From Moniliella sp. 'wahieum' (lineage: Eukaryota): 64,000 nt of DNA. The notes under the pieces were generated by a model. That model made no database searches. It was not told the DNA's origin and saw nothing but the letters and a program-made list of their open reading frames with translations. The stretch covers positions 1,116,001-1,180,000 of the forward strand of contig RSEE01000003.1 in the NCBI GenBank assembly GCA_003971905.1, read 5' to 3'. Positions 14,801 to 26,954 of this stretch are shown here, in pieces (positions within the stretch are counted from its first letter, which is position 1; every line of letters begins with the position of its first letter). The position numbers and the translations under genes were made by a program.

Positions 14801-17758
14801 CGCTCGAGTCGATCATGAGGCGGACGGGTGCTTCCATTGATTTGCACCTTACCGACACAGTGCGGGCGATCGACTGGGACGCATTCGAAGCGCCCCCGCC
14901 AACAAGGTCGAATGGTATGGGTTCGGTCCGATCCGGCATGTCCTTGCCTTCTCGGGAATTTGTACGGCCCGAGGTACCTCCACGTGATGCAATGCACGCC
15001 GACTTGGCTCGCTTTGTCGCGCATCTTCGCAAGCTGAAGGGGATGAGCGCGTGGGATCCATGCAACTTGCTCAAGCTTCAAGACAACATCCTAGCCCCCC
15101 GCCCCCCTCCCGTGGCAACACCCCGGACATCCATGACGACCAGCCGGCGTCCGTTTCGATGGCGCGTGAATCGCCTACTCAGGCAACCCCGATCGATAAA
15201 CCCGCTGCTCCCGCCAATTCTACGTCCTCAGCCCCCATTCACTCGGTCCTTTCTGAATCAGGTACCCGGGTGTTCGGGCGATACGGAAGGACTCTGAGCC
15301 TAACGTTTGGGCTCCCCAGCTCCCCTAATCCCATCGGCAGCAAACTATGCGCCACCGCCTGTCCAGGCACGTCCACCAGCCCCAACGATCAAGTACCAAC
15401 CCCGGCAGCGGCCACCACAGAGGCGCAGTACCGCTTCCCCTGCTCCGAGCCCTCCCCCGACGGACTTATTGAGCCCCTCGATCGACCCAACGCTGCGTCG
15501 ACATGGATCGGTGGGCTCGTCAATGGATCGCGCTTTCTCGCCTGCCGGTTCTCGCCCCCCAACTTCGCCCTTGTCACCAGGAACGGGACGGGAGTATCCG
15601 ATCACCACCTCCTACATCCCTCGCCGTTCCAGTTCGAGCATGGCCAATTCCCAACACGCCCATCTACGTGCACCGTCGGAGCCTGTGCGTTCCAGCCGCT
15701 CCCCCCTTGCTTCCCCCGCCCCGACACCTTCCTCGCCCAGTTCCAGCCCGCCCCGATCGACAGTGTCGACGTTTGAGTCGGCCGTGCACGCACCTTTGCT
15801 TACCCGCCCAGAACCGATCAGAGCCACAACAGTGCCCGTGACGGACGACGAAGACGATGCACAACCGATCTTGCTTTCTCGCAGAGGGCCACCGGTCCGT
15901 GTCACCGCGTCCCCATCCCTGGGAGGTAGCATGCCCACCATGCCCACCAGCGACGACTCGGACGATGACATCCCACTTGCTCATCGCGCAGCTACGATCG
16001 CCAACCGTTCTTCTTACTCACCGGCTCCGAAACCTTTGCCGCATCAGGCCCCAACTCCAATGATGCAGACGATCATTACTGAGAGCCCGGCGGGGGCGGA
16101 CCAGGATGTGCCTCCCCTGGCCCTCGGCCCGAAGTGACAGCCCCTGCCCCAGAACCAGAATCGGCTCCAGTGCCAGCTCCAGTGCAAGCTTCAGTGCAAG
16201 TGCAAGCTCCGGAAGATACACCTACCTCCACTGGGCCGACTGATGTGCCCGCCTTGACGGATACTGCTGGTCCCACAACCCTGCCCATATCAGTGCCTGC
16301 TTCTGTTCCAGCACCCAATGTGGTTGAAGCCCCAGCGCCTGATTCACATGCGGCTCCTACAGAAGCGGTGGAGCCTGCGGTCGCTCCTGCACCCACAACC
16401 ATACCCTCATTGGCTACAGGTTCCACTCAGGCTCCTGCCCCGGCTCCTGTTTCAACAACATCCGTGTCAACGCCTTTGACGGCCACACCAGAAAAGCAGC
16501 GCAAGCGTCTTTCGCTCAAGAGCGTCTCGCCGAAGCCACGCGAAAGCGGACTTCGTTAGGCAAGACACCACTATCCCCTATCGTTACCAGCCCTACCACC
16601 TTGCAGAACTCGTCCTCTCCTGTCAGATCTACTCCCGTTTCATCTCCAATGGCCAAAACCGCAACCACTGCCACTCCTGCCTCCACGGCCGTGGAGGATG
16701 TTTCAGTGCCCATCGCGCAAACCCGCAAATCTACGATGGAGGGGACAGCCAGGTTTCTAAGGGAGACCTGGGGAGAATGGTACGAAGGGCAAATCTGGCA
16801 CCCCCGTCGCTTCACCCACGCTTGATGTTGAGAAGAGGGAGCACCGCGACGGAGAAGGGTACGGAAGAAAGGGTTGACCTCACCACAGCCAAGGAAAAGG
16901 AGACTGCTATCACAGCTGTTCCCTCGGTCGGTGTTGCTGAGACTGTGGCAGAGTCTGTTCCTGGGCAAGAAAAGGTTGTCATGCAGCAACCTTCCTCCCC
17001 GGCCCAAGAGAGTTGTCGCATCGCACCCAATCCTGAATCCAATTCGCCCTCACGTTCCGGTCCTGAGGCGCTATCCGAGGCTACTGCATCCTACTCTGAT
17101 TCTCCGCACCCCACTTCTTCAAAGGCAATTCCAGAGGGCGTGGTCACAACGCCAGACTCCGCGTTACCTGCTGCAACGTCTGCGGAGCAACCCGAGAAAC
17201 GAGTCCCTGCGGAGGAGTCCGATCTAGAGGCCCCAAAAGAAACGATGGAGACGGCTTCTACCGATTTGGTGGTCGCGCCAGTCAACCCTCAGCCCGACAA
17301 GGAGCCAGCCAAATCTGAGCCCGACAAGGAAACTACAAGTCCTGATACCCGGACGAGCCTGTCGGATCGTGCCGAAGCACGGCAGGATGATGTGGAACAA
17401 GCAGGTGTGGCTAAGCCCGAAAACAAGATAATCCAACCCAGCACCTCGCCTCCATTGGATTCAACCGCATCGGATCCGCCCCTGGTTTACCCTCTCAAGC
17501 GGGGGAAGGCGACGCGGCTGGGCCGGAAAAGAGCACTGTGTCGTCCATCACAGCTGATCTGATCACCTCAGACACAACGCCTTCTTCCCTGCCCACGCCT
17601 GAGCCTGAGCCCGAATCTCTCGTTACTAGTGAGGACCAAGTCGAAAATGTCGACCCAGATACACAGGTCGCCTCTTCCCCGGCCTTACCAAGGAGGAGAA
17701 GGAACGCGAGAAACGTCGCCGTAAAAAGAAAGCGCAACGGCAGCGCAAGAAAAAGTAA
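11879..17758 (+). CDS. VPS54: GARP complex subunit Vps54 with long Pro/Ser/Thr/Glu-rich C-terminal extension
   Basis: GFNAISTVLNHP, LESVPSVFF..LSDPRYF, EKLSFYSDVIEQHL, and the Vps54 domain EFLKQFNSRVCQLVLGAGALRSAGLTNINARHLALA..EFDRLRQDYTDHRMEIQTKLVSI. Intron ~14520-14580. Many frameshifts; tail inferred to end at KKKAQRQRKKK* (17758). Confidence 0.88.
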
Positions 17759-17962
17759 GCTAGCTTCGTCGTGCTTCGTCGTGCACTCGCACTGGTCTCC
17801 TATGTCCCCGAACCATCCATGAAAATAGACGTTTCGCAAAATATGTCACCGACTCACCTACGAAAGAAGCCCTTCATCTGATAGAAATCCGCCCACAAAG
17901 AGACAGAATCGCACCCCAACTTGGTGGAGTAGATGGATCATTGCACAGGGCAGCCAGGCTCA

Positions 17963-18734
17963 TCATCGCCTACCGAATGCCCAGTTCATCGCCGTGCCCG
18001 CGGCCGACCAAGTAGACGCGGCTGCCGGAGCCAGCATGTCGGAGAAGCCAGTGACAGTACCCGGCATCGCAGCGGCTACGGCGGCGGCGGATCCAGGGAT
18101 GTTTTTCGCCGATTCGGCCCGGGCCGCCCCAATGGCCTGGGCTTGCTTCACCAGCTCGGCCATGTTGGTCTCCACCACAATCCCACCTTGGATCATCTCC
18201 CCCAGCAAGGCATGGACCCGATCAAAGGCAAATACAAGATCCAGCTCGCAGACCGAGGTGAACATACGATCCAGTGCCTCCACAAACACCTGCAAGACAA
18301 AAGACATCCAAGGTTAGTAAGCGCCCATATACCAAACCATCCCACGCGACAAGACGGACCTGAATCAAATCCAATGCCCAGTTCGCTCTCCGCTGCATCA
18401 ACGACAAAAACGAAGTACAGCGTGGCAAACTGGCGGTAAATGATGCGCAAGGGACACGTGTCAACCGTGCTGGCCGTCGCTGGTGGATCGGCATCATCAA
18501 ACGGAACCGGCTTGGGAGCGGCAGCTGGGGACCGGCACCAACGAACGAGGCCAGCAACGGTTGCAGCTCGGGAGCATCAGCAAAGTTGGCTGCCTTGTCG
18601 GGTCGACGCGAGACGAGGCTGTAGATGAGCCGGAGGGCACGCTGCTCCGCCCCACTGCCGCCGGCGAGAGGCGTGTAGAAGCGACTCAGACGGGGGCGGC
18701 CGCTGTTGTTGAAGATGAGCACTGCATGAATCAT
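17963..18734 (-). CDS. APS3: AP-3 adaptor complex sigma subunit
   Basis: MIHAVLIFNNSGRPRLSRFY, IIYRQFATLYFVFVVDAAESELGI.DLIQ/VFVEALDRMFTSVCELDLVFAFDRVHALLGEMIQGGIVVETN. One intron ~18291-18359. Confidence 0.92.
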
Positions 18735-18943
18735 CTCCTCATCGTTTCCCGCGCAGAGGCGGGCAGAGCGGCAGCCGAAGGGAGGACGTCGGGCGATGGT
18801 GGGAGGCGCCGCCGCGCCATCGAAACGACACGACAGCGCCGAGGGGGGGGGCCGAAAGCAACCCTAGCGCTTGGTCCCAAGGCACTAGCTGCCCCCGTGC
18901 CCTCGGCCTCAGTCAGGTGTCCAATCGGCGGCGGCGGCAGTCG

Positions 18944-18978
18944 TGCATCATGCATCATGCATCATGCATCACTAGTCA
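18944..18978. repeat. Heptamer array (TGCATCA)4-CTAG-TCA in the APS3/nucleoporin divergent promoter
   Basis: tgcatcatgcatcatgcatcatgcatcactagtca read directly. Confidence 0.9.
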
Positions 18979-19085
18979 GTTTTTTTCCCGCAAGTTCGCC
19001 CAAGCCGGAAGGCGTCTCGACCGTCGCTGTCGCTGCCGCCGTCGCCGTTGCCACCACCACCGCTCCGGTTGGGCAGCTCACCTAG

Positions 19086-20814
19086 ATGGCCAAACGTCAA
19101 GCAGCACACCAGCTCACACGCGAAAATGAGGGGGATGCAAGAAGAAGCCCCCGAGGTTACCGCCGCACCGGCCGTGCCCATCGAGCGGCGGCCAATGAAG
19201 GGGCTGCCCCGCCGCCTGGGTGGCGCCCGGCCGACACCGTCAGCGCCGTCTACGTTGGGCAGCGGAAGCTCTCGGTTCCCGCTGCGGCGCCTGCCTCCAC
19301 CGGAGCTTCATCGAAGCCCATGTTTTCCTTTGGTGGGGCCGGGACTGCTGCGCCCGCGCCCGCCACAGCGCCCCTGCGTTCAACTTTTTCAAGCCTGCCG
19401 CCCCCTCTGTGCCCACCTCCACGACCACGCCTGTGCCCAGCGTGGGAGCACCCGTACCTCCATCGGATCCGCTGCCTGCTGCGGAAGAGGATAGTGCACA
19501 CGAGGCGCTCATCTTGTACTTTACCCAACTTCGTGGGCTCAACGCCAGTGTGTCCCGCACCATCAAAAAGGCACTGGAGGACGACCCATTTGCCGATCTC
19601 GGTCCCGTACTCCAGTCCTACGCGGCTCACAGGGCCAAAGTGAAGCAGAGAAACCCGTGCAAAAGCCTTTGTCTGCTCCAGCCCTGCCTTCTGCTGCTCC
19701 TTCTGTATCTAAGCCTTCCTTTGCCTTCAACACATTTTCTACCCCTTCCCCGGCGGTTCCAACTCCCAAAGCTCCTTCTCAGTCGCCTTCTTTGACATTT
19801 GCTCCCGCTACCACGGCACCCAAGGCCACATTTACGTTTAAGCCTGCCGACCTGTTGCTCCAGCCCGAGCAAGGCCAGTGCCGACAGCGACAACCCCGTT
19901 GAAAAGGAGTCAAAGAGTACTACGCCTCCGCCACCGGAAGCCAAGAAGACGCCTTCCGCTCCTACGGTGGCCCCTGGCACGTCGTTCACGTTTGGCGGTA
20001 ATCGGTCGGGTTCTCTCCCTCCACGGGCAATGGTGGTGCCGCACCAGCAGGGGTGCCCAAATTTGAGATTCCCAAGGAGGGTTCAGCTTTGCTGGGGTTA
20101 AGGTGGCGCCCAAAACTTCCTTGCCCAGTTCTTCCAGTGCAGAGGCGAAAGACGATGAAGGGACAAAGAAAGAAAAGACGGAGCCCAAGACGTTCGCCTT
20201 CATCCGCCCTCGGGGGAGAAGAAACCTGAACCAGCGACGGCCCAGCCTGCCTTCACGTTTGCCTCGGCGGCGGCGGCGCCCCCCACATCAAGTGGGTCAA
20301 CATTCAGCTTCAAACCGTCTAGTGGGGGGAGAAACCGGTTTCTTCAGCTGGCTCATCGCTATTTGCCACGACTGAGCAGGCGGCTCCGACCAAGGCCTCG
20401 TTTGGTACGGATGCGCCCCCGACCAGTCTGTTTTCCGATGCATCCAAGAAGCCTGCGCCTGCCTTCAGCTTCAAGGCGGCAGCGCCCACCAATGCCGAGG
20501 AAGGAGACACGACCAAAAAGCCGGCGTCCGCCTTTAGCTTTGGTTCGGGTGGTTCTGCGTTTGGATCGAGTGCATTTGGCGGCTTTGGCTCGACCAGCAC
20601 ACCCGTTAAAGTGGGATTTGGGACGGCTGCGCCTGCCAACCCAGCCGCCAGCAGTTCGCCACCCGCCGTTGGGTTTGGGTTTGGCAACTCGCCCACGTCC
20701 AGCTTTGAAGGGGTGGCTAAGCCGGGCAAGTTCAACTTTAGTGCGGCCAAGGGAGGGGGCATCAAGTTTGGTGATGCCACGACCGACAAGAAGGGGGACA
20801 AGGACAACCAGTAG
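19086..20814 (+). CDS. Nup2/Nup50-like FxF(G)-repeat nucleoporin
   Basis: N-terminus MAKRQAAHQLTRENE...RPMKGLPRR resembles the Nup50/Nup2 importin-alpha-binding N-terminus; LRGLNASV..DPFADL segment; many FSF/FTF/FSFG/FGFG repeats; AATAAA about 30 bp after the stop; frameshifted. Confidence 0.8.
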
Positions 20815-20931
20815 AGTGCCTATTGGTGGTGGAATCCCTGTTGAATAAAGCGGCGTGCGCGTTGTCAATGTTCTGACGTAAGCGGCGGGCGTAAGCCGGA
20901 GGTCACCCGCCCACATGGGTGATAAATTCCC

Positions 20932-21074
20932 TCCAGCGTGGAACGGTGGACCGGCGGCTGCGATGGCGACTGGGGAACGGTGGCTACGGTGGCGAAGGTG
21001 GACCGGTGGCTACGGTGGCGAGCAAGCACCAAGCACCAAGCACCTGACCGGGCCGTAGGCCGGTGGCCCTCTAG
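20932..21074 (+). mobile_element. Short non-autonomous Helitron-like element, copy 1 (3' end)
   Basis: GC-rich hairpin ACCGGGCC-GTA-GGCCGGT (21047-21064), 6-nt spacer, CTAG (21071-21074) followed by T. Internal ~10-bp GGTGG repeats. Homologous to 26281-26387. Confidence 0.65.
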
Positions 21075-21519
21075 TAATACTAATTTCTATCGTTGCCATC
21101 CAGTTGGTCAGACGGCACAGGCGAAAGGGGGTATAGCGAGACTCACAATGAGATTGAGGGAGTGGAGGGGGTGGCTGCGAGTTGATATAGATGTGTACGA
21201 GACGTGTATTTCGGCAGATACGCGCAGGCGGCTGATTCAAACACAAGCTACAAAATGTCGACCAAATCCATGCAAGCTTGAGAGCTCGGGTGTTAGCAGC
21301 TCCGACGTTCTTCTTGCCGCATCCCCGACCCTCGGTGCCCCTACTTATCCCGCCTGCTCCTTTATTCCGTGTCCCATCTTGGGCCATTCGTCTTTCGAGT
21401 GCCTCCATCTCCTACGAGGTCTATGTCATTGCCTTCACAATAGGCCGCATGCCCAATATCATGCAGCCCCATAGGATAGTACCCACAAGACATGAATTGT
21501 GTGCAAAACGTTCCAACAA

Positions 21520-24500
21520 CTATATTAAAAGAAGCGATAATGACCCGCGCCAGTCGATGCCCCCGTCGCTGTCCTCGTGGGAGGCCCTCCTTCGTTACCC
21601 AGCTCGAGAGACGAGGTTCTGGGTGACGCAACGCCATTAGCTGTTTCTGTTCGAAAGTAGGAGCGTCAGAGGGCAGAGATGAAGGCGGAGGCAGATCGCC
21701 CAACCCCACTCTTGCGGCTGGAGCATGGGGAGGAAACTGGCACTGGTAATGCCCCCCAAACTGAGGGACGCCCCGCCTCCTTCAAAGGCAGACGAGGAGG
21801 AAGGGAACAAGTTGACCGACCCCAGCGAATCCTGTACCATTTGGTTCCACGTTGTAAGCCATACGGAGCCAGTTGCAGTCCCACCCCGCATCATCGGCTA
21901 GGGCGTGCAAATGAGTCGCCGCGGGAGGTATGTTCCCCCCAGCCATGCCCATTTCGTAAAGCAAGGGGAGCGCAGTTTGCCTCATCTCGTCCACAAGTAG
22001 GCCCACACTTTGCTTGTTGTCCCTGCCACTCCCGTTCATCTCTCCTGGGGGTGGCGTTGGCAGGCTCGACTATCCCTGTGCTCTCTCAGCCTCGAGGGGC
22101 ACGGGTGGCTCAACGGACGTTTGCGCTGGGGGGGAAGAGAAGGGGCGCTGAACCGAAGCGCGGGCGGGCTCTGGCTCGGCAGGCACATCTGTCAATCTGA
22201 CGCTGCACCGAGTTTTCGTCTCAACTTGTCAACAAGAGAATGAAGCACCCTACCCAGCACACAGCAGCAGGCAGTGCAAGCTCAAGACGCCGCAGAGCGT
22301 CACGGCCAACGCAGCCTCTCCGAGCAATGCTGCTGGGGTTTCGGTGGTGGCAACGGAAGAAGCGGTATCGGCCGTTTTTGATTGCAAGGTCGACTTGCCC
22401 TTTTGAAGAGAGAGGTGGCGCCTCCAGGCTGTCAGCGCAAGGTACCCCCCTGCGACTAAGAGCTGCTGCCCGTATTCGAGCAAATAAGGTGAGGCGGCGA
22501 GCGTGGCGGCAATGGTTGGGGCCGAACGAATAAGCGTCATTGAGGTCTTGCGACATTCTGTCAAGACGGTTTCCTCCTCCTCCAGCGTGGTTGCGGAGAT
22601 GTTGACTTGCTCCTTGAGGCTCCGCGCATAGTCAACTGAGCCAGATAAGATTGACTGGATGAGTGACCGTTGCGTAAGAAGCATCGTTTGACGGTACTGT
22701 ACGAAATGAAAACACGTCAGTCAACCCCTCGAATACAACAAATTGGAAGTAGCTCACCATGACTGAAGCAGCACATGACTGGAGAGCCAGGTAATGTCGT
22801 GTTGCATCTCCAGTGTCCTTGAAAGATGTGGTCACACTACTCGAATGACCTTTAGTCTCTGTCTTCTCTTGGACTCGCACTTGAGCTTGAGCATGCTTAA
22901 ACTGATCCGGCACTGCGGCAAACCAACGATGAAGAGCGCGTACATCATGGAGGGGAGGAATGGCCTCCATGCCATCCCCCTCCTCCCATTCCATGTCCGT
23001 TTCCGAATTGGACCGTGACTCTTCTTCGTCTTCCCCCGAAGCAGAAGAGATGGGTCGTTCCTCCTGGTCGCTGGTTGGCTGATCCGATGCATCATGCTGC
23101 GTCCTCCTGGATGAGGAATGAGATCGGTGTTTCTCCTTGAGCCGGCCCCGGCGTTGTCGAACAAACGCGTTGCGAGCCACGCGACCCATCAATCGAGAGA
23201 TCTTGACCATCTCGTTAAAACCCTCCACCGACCCGAGGATGTAACTCTTCCCCTTGTCTGGGGGAGGGGAGATATTAGTCACGACAGGTGGGATCAACGG
23301 TTCACGAGGGAACTGTTGGTCCACACTTTCATCCGCAACTCCACATGGCCGTCCGAGGGAAACAGACAAGAGGCGGTCCATCAGGTAGACGCACCACCAA
23401 GTCCGTCTCCGCAGTTCAGGTTCTAACACATCGCCTTTGCTCTGGCTGTGACTTGGTAGGGGTGACCTCAGGTCCAGATCACGATGTAATCCTAGATCTT
23501 GGGCCATGCGCATGGCACGTCCCATGATGATCCAAGCACGAGCAGCGCAGTTGGATGAAACAAGGTAGTAAGCGCGCAGTCCTATGCAATGTACCATTGC
23601 TAGAGACGTTCGCCCGGCACTAAGCGTGTGGAGCGACAAGAGTTCACTTTGCACGAAGAAATGAAGCCCTGCTAAAGTACCATCAACCTTGCCCCTTGCG
23701 CCATCAACAACAGGACCAGCAGCTGAGATTTCGTGTGTTTTAGGCAAGTCGTCCCCCGAGCTTGGGTCGGCAGGTGTGCCTGCGCTAGAGAACGCCTGGG
23801 GAGAGGCGTCTGGTCGGCTTTGGAGGAAGGTCGAGAGTCGTACGTTGATGGGGGTACGGGAGGACATACCCTCGGTTCCTGGGCACCTAGCACGCGTGAC
23901 GCGCAGGCAAACACCGCCAAGACATTGGCAACCAGCATCGGGTCGTTTGCCAGTACGTCTTCTGGGGTCTTTCCCCCGTTGGCAGAGGGCCCCGCGCCAT
24001 GGACAAAGATAGCTTCGGCCTCTCGCCGAAGGGTATAGGGATCAAGAATGGGGAAAAGTGGATGAACAAAGTTGATGTACGTGTCCCATAATCGATCGGC
24101 AAGCGATTTGGGCAAGTTTTTGAGATCAGACGCCGGCGTACCTTTCGCTTTAGCAGCATTGGAAAATGCCTCGGCCGCCGAGTTAAAATGCACGGCTGCC
24201 TGGGCCATGGAGGAGACTCGTCCGGTCCTGCCGATCTGAGTTGGGGACGGTGGGCAGGAGGTCGGATATGCAATGGGCTCAAAGCATAGAGCAGATAAGC
24301 ATCGATCGCATCAACATAGGCATCAGGATCCTCCGCCGGGGAACTCGACTTTCTCCTGAGTCCCGAGTTACTGCCCGAGGAGAGGCGATGGGTCAAAGGA
24401 TCAGAGCTAGCTCTACCACTCCCTTCTTCTCCTGGAACGTCTGTGTCAAATGCGCCAGCACCAGTCAAGGCAGAGGCAGCGTCCATGACGAGCGTGACAC

Positions 24501-25257
24501 TTGAGGAGGGACCCAAGTACCGGGTATAAGTGTGACCCGAATCGAACTGGAGACGGCCAGAAGATGGCGCATCCCAGTATTGTGGTTTGTCCGGCACAGG
24601 CGGAGCGGGTGTGACGCTCTGGCTCTCGCTCGTGTCGCCTCGTGGAGGCTTCCTGGCGGTAGGCAGCTGATCCGATGGTGGAGGGGGAGCAGCTGAAGTT
24701 GATGTGTGAGAGGAATCTGCTAGCAACCCCAGCTCACGCGCCTTGGACATAGCAGACGCGCTCAAAGTCGGTGCCAAAACGGCAACAAACTGTTCCATCC
24801 GCGCCAAACGGGACTCAAGAGTCTCGACATAACGGCGCGAATAGGCAGCTTTGTCTTCCATCTCGGCATACGTGCAAACCGAAATAGCGTTGATACGAGC
24901 CACTTCAGGGTCGTTTCCGCCAGGCGCATTCATAGCAGCAACAAGGCAGCGATGGCAAGGGGATTTGCCGTCACTATCACATTTGGCCTTCTTGCGGCGG
25001 CAAGGCAAGCAAGCACGGCCGACCTTGCTGCGTTTGCGCTTGGCGCCGGCAGAAGGTCCAGCATCCGGATCAGCAAGTCCCTCGCTGTCCTCATCATCGT
25101 CAGCCTGGAAAGACTGAGAAGGCGGGAGCGATGAGCGGGACGGGCGCACACTCCCCCCACGGCCCTGCCCGCGACCGCGACCGCGCCGCGAGGGTGCAGA
25201 TGGAAGGTGCGGACGTGGGGGTGCCTGGGGGGGAAGGCGACTCGAAGATGCCGGCAT
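21520..25257 (-). CDS. Zn(II)2Cys6 fungal transcription factor with middle homology (Fungal_trans) region
   Basis: RACLPCRRKKAKC..PCHRC..CTY, coiled linker YVETLESRLARME, YLGPSS, YINFVHPLFPILD, AWIIMGRAMRMAQDLGLHR, ELRRRTWWCVYLMDRLLSVSLGRP. Intron ~22699-22757. The 3' end is approximate. Confidence 0.92.
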
Positions 25258-26280
25258 AGAAGTACGGCGCCGGGCGCACGTCGATGCGTTGGCCGGCGGG
25301 GCGGCGGAGCGGGGGCGATGGGGGTGGTGGGGGGGAGCAGAGGAGGCGGCCAGGGCAGCTGGTTATCGAGTGACTAGGGACTAGTGACTAGCTAGCTAGT
25401 GATACCGAACGCGCTCAGGCTGAGTGGCTGAGCCAGCCGGATTGAAATGTTTGTTTATCCTCCGGCCGGACCCTTACCCGCTTTCGCCGTGTCAGCCTCT
25501 TGGCTGCTCTGGCTGGCGTCGCGTTAGTATAGTGGACAGTACCACGGCCGTCAGCAGCACCGCCGCCCCTGCGCTCGGTATCAGGTCGCTGTCGTGGGGG
25601 GCTTCGGCTGCCCCTCGGCACCGTCTTCTCTAGCTCGCTATCGCTCGTTTTCCGCCATCAATCATGTGGTGCGTGCATTGAATGGCGGCGATCATATTAC
25701 ACACACCGTTGCAAACAACCCTCTCTCGTCGAAGGCACTGCGGCGCAACAGAAGAGAGGTATAATATCTCTCTCGCTCTCGAATGTGCACACAGGGATTA
25801 TACGTTCTGGTCCCCACGCCATCGCGCCCGGCTTCCAGCGCTTCCATGGCACTCAAGCAAGGTTCAACGTCTAACGTATCCAAGGGACAACAATGGCCTA
25901 TCGTGGGGCTCTTTCTGCGAGAAAAGGCCACACTGGCACAGTTGTGGAGAAAAGGGGGCGGGGGGACTGAGGAGCGTGCGTATTCTTTCAGTATACTAGT
26001 AGCTATAGCCCCGTGACACTCAAATATCAATCCTGCACCGAGCTTCACATGCCCCCCCCTTACCCACCACCCGTTTCGGGTCACGAATGATCCTTGCCAC
26101 CGACCTTGAAAATGGGACAAGCTGGTAGTTAGCCTTCAGTCGCTGGTATACGCACTGACAGCATGGATCTCTATTCCATACGCAAAAAGGATCGACCGTG
26201 CACTTTTACATCAACCTGCCCCGTGCCACGTTCAACGCCACCCGCTGCCAGCAAGCATCGGTGATATTATTTCGTCTTTT

Positions 26281-26387
26281 TCCAGCGTGGAACGGTGGAC
26301 CGGGGGAACGGTGGCTAAGGTGGCGACCAAGTGCCAAGCTGGGGGGAAGCCCCAGCTGACCGGGCCGTAGGCCCGGTGGTCTCCTCG
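26281..26387 (+). mobile_element. Short non-autonomous Helitron-like element, copy 2 (3' end)
   Basis: Shares TCCAGCGTGGAACGGTGGACCGG and GGGAACGGTGGCTA.GGTGGCGA with copy 1. Perfect hairpin ACCGGGCC-GTA-GGCCCGGT (26359-26377), 6-nt spacer, CTCG then T. Confidence 0.6.
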
Positions 26388-26540
26388 TATAGGTAATTAA
26401 AACGTCGGTACCACACAACAGTTCTTCGCCGGCAGTCAAGGTTCAGCGTGGTGGATGCCTGCTTTGGATTGGCATCAATAAGATATGAATACGTTGAGTA
26501 CTCAGACTGAGGATTCATATACATGTACAGGAGAAGGACT

Positions 26541-26671
26541 TTGTTTTGCTTTTTGCTTTGCTTTGCTTTGCTTTGCTTTGCTTTGCTTTGCTTTGCTTTG
26601 CTTTGCTTTGCTTTGCTTTGCTTTGCTTTGCTTTGCTTGCTTTGCTTTGCTTTGCTTTGCTTTGCTTTGCT
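26541..26671. repeat. (GCTTT/AAAGC)n pentanucleotide microsatellite, ~25 units
   Basis: Read directly; gives the spurious CFALL/KAKQS ORFs. Confidence 0.97.
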
Positions 26672-26954
26672 CCAAGTACTAGAGAGAAAAAAGAGAAGAG
26701 AAAAGCGTATAATTCGGATAGGTACACCACAAAGTATAATAGCGTGAAAGAAAGAAATATTGTACACAACAAAGGGAGAGGGAGAGGGCGGGGGCAGGGT
26801 TCTTCGTTTCTCCTCGAAACTTGATGGAGGACGGAGAGAACCGATACTGCGTAACTGCGTAATGCATATAACAATGCTGAACGACGGGGGTACGACGGAC
26901 ACAATGGGTACGATGGGGAGGATGGGTAGGGGCTCGGAAGGGAAAGAAAATGGA

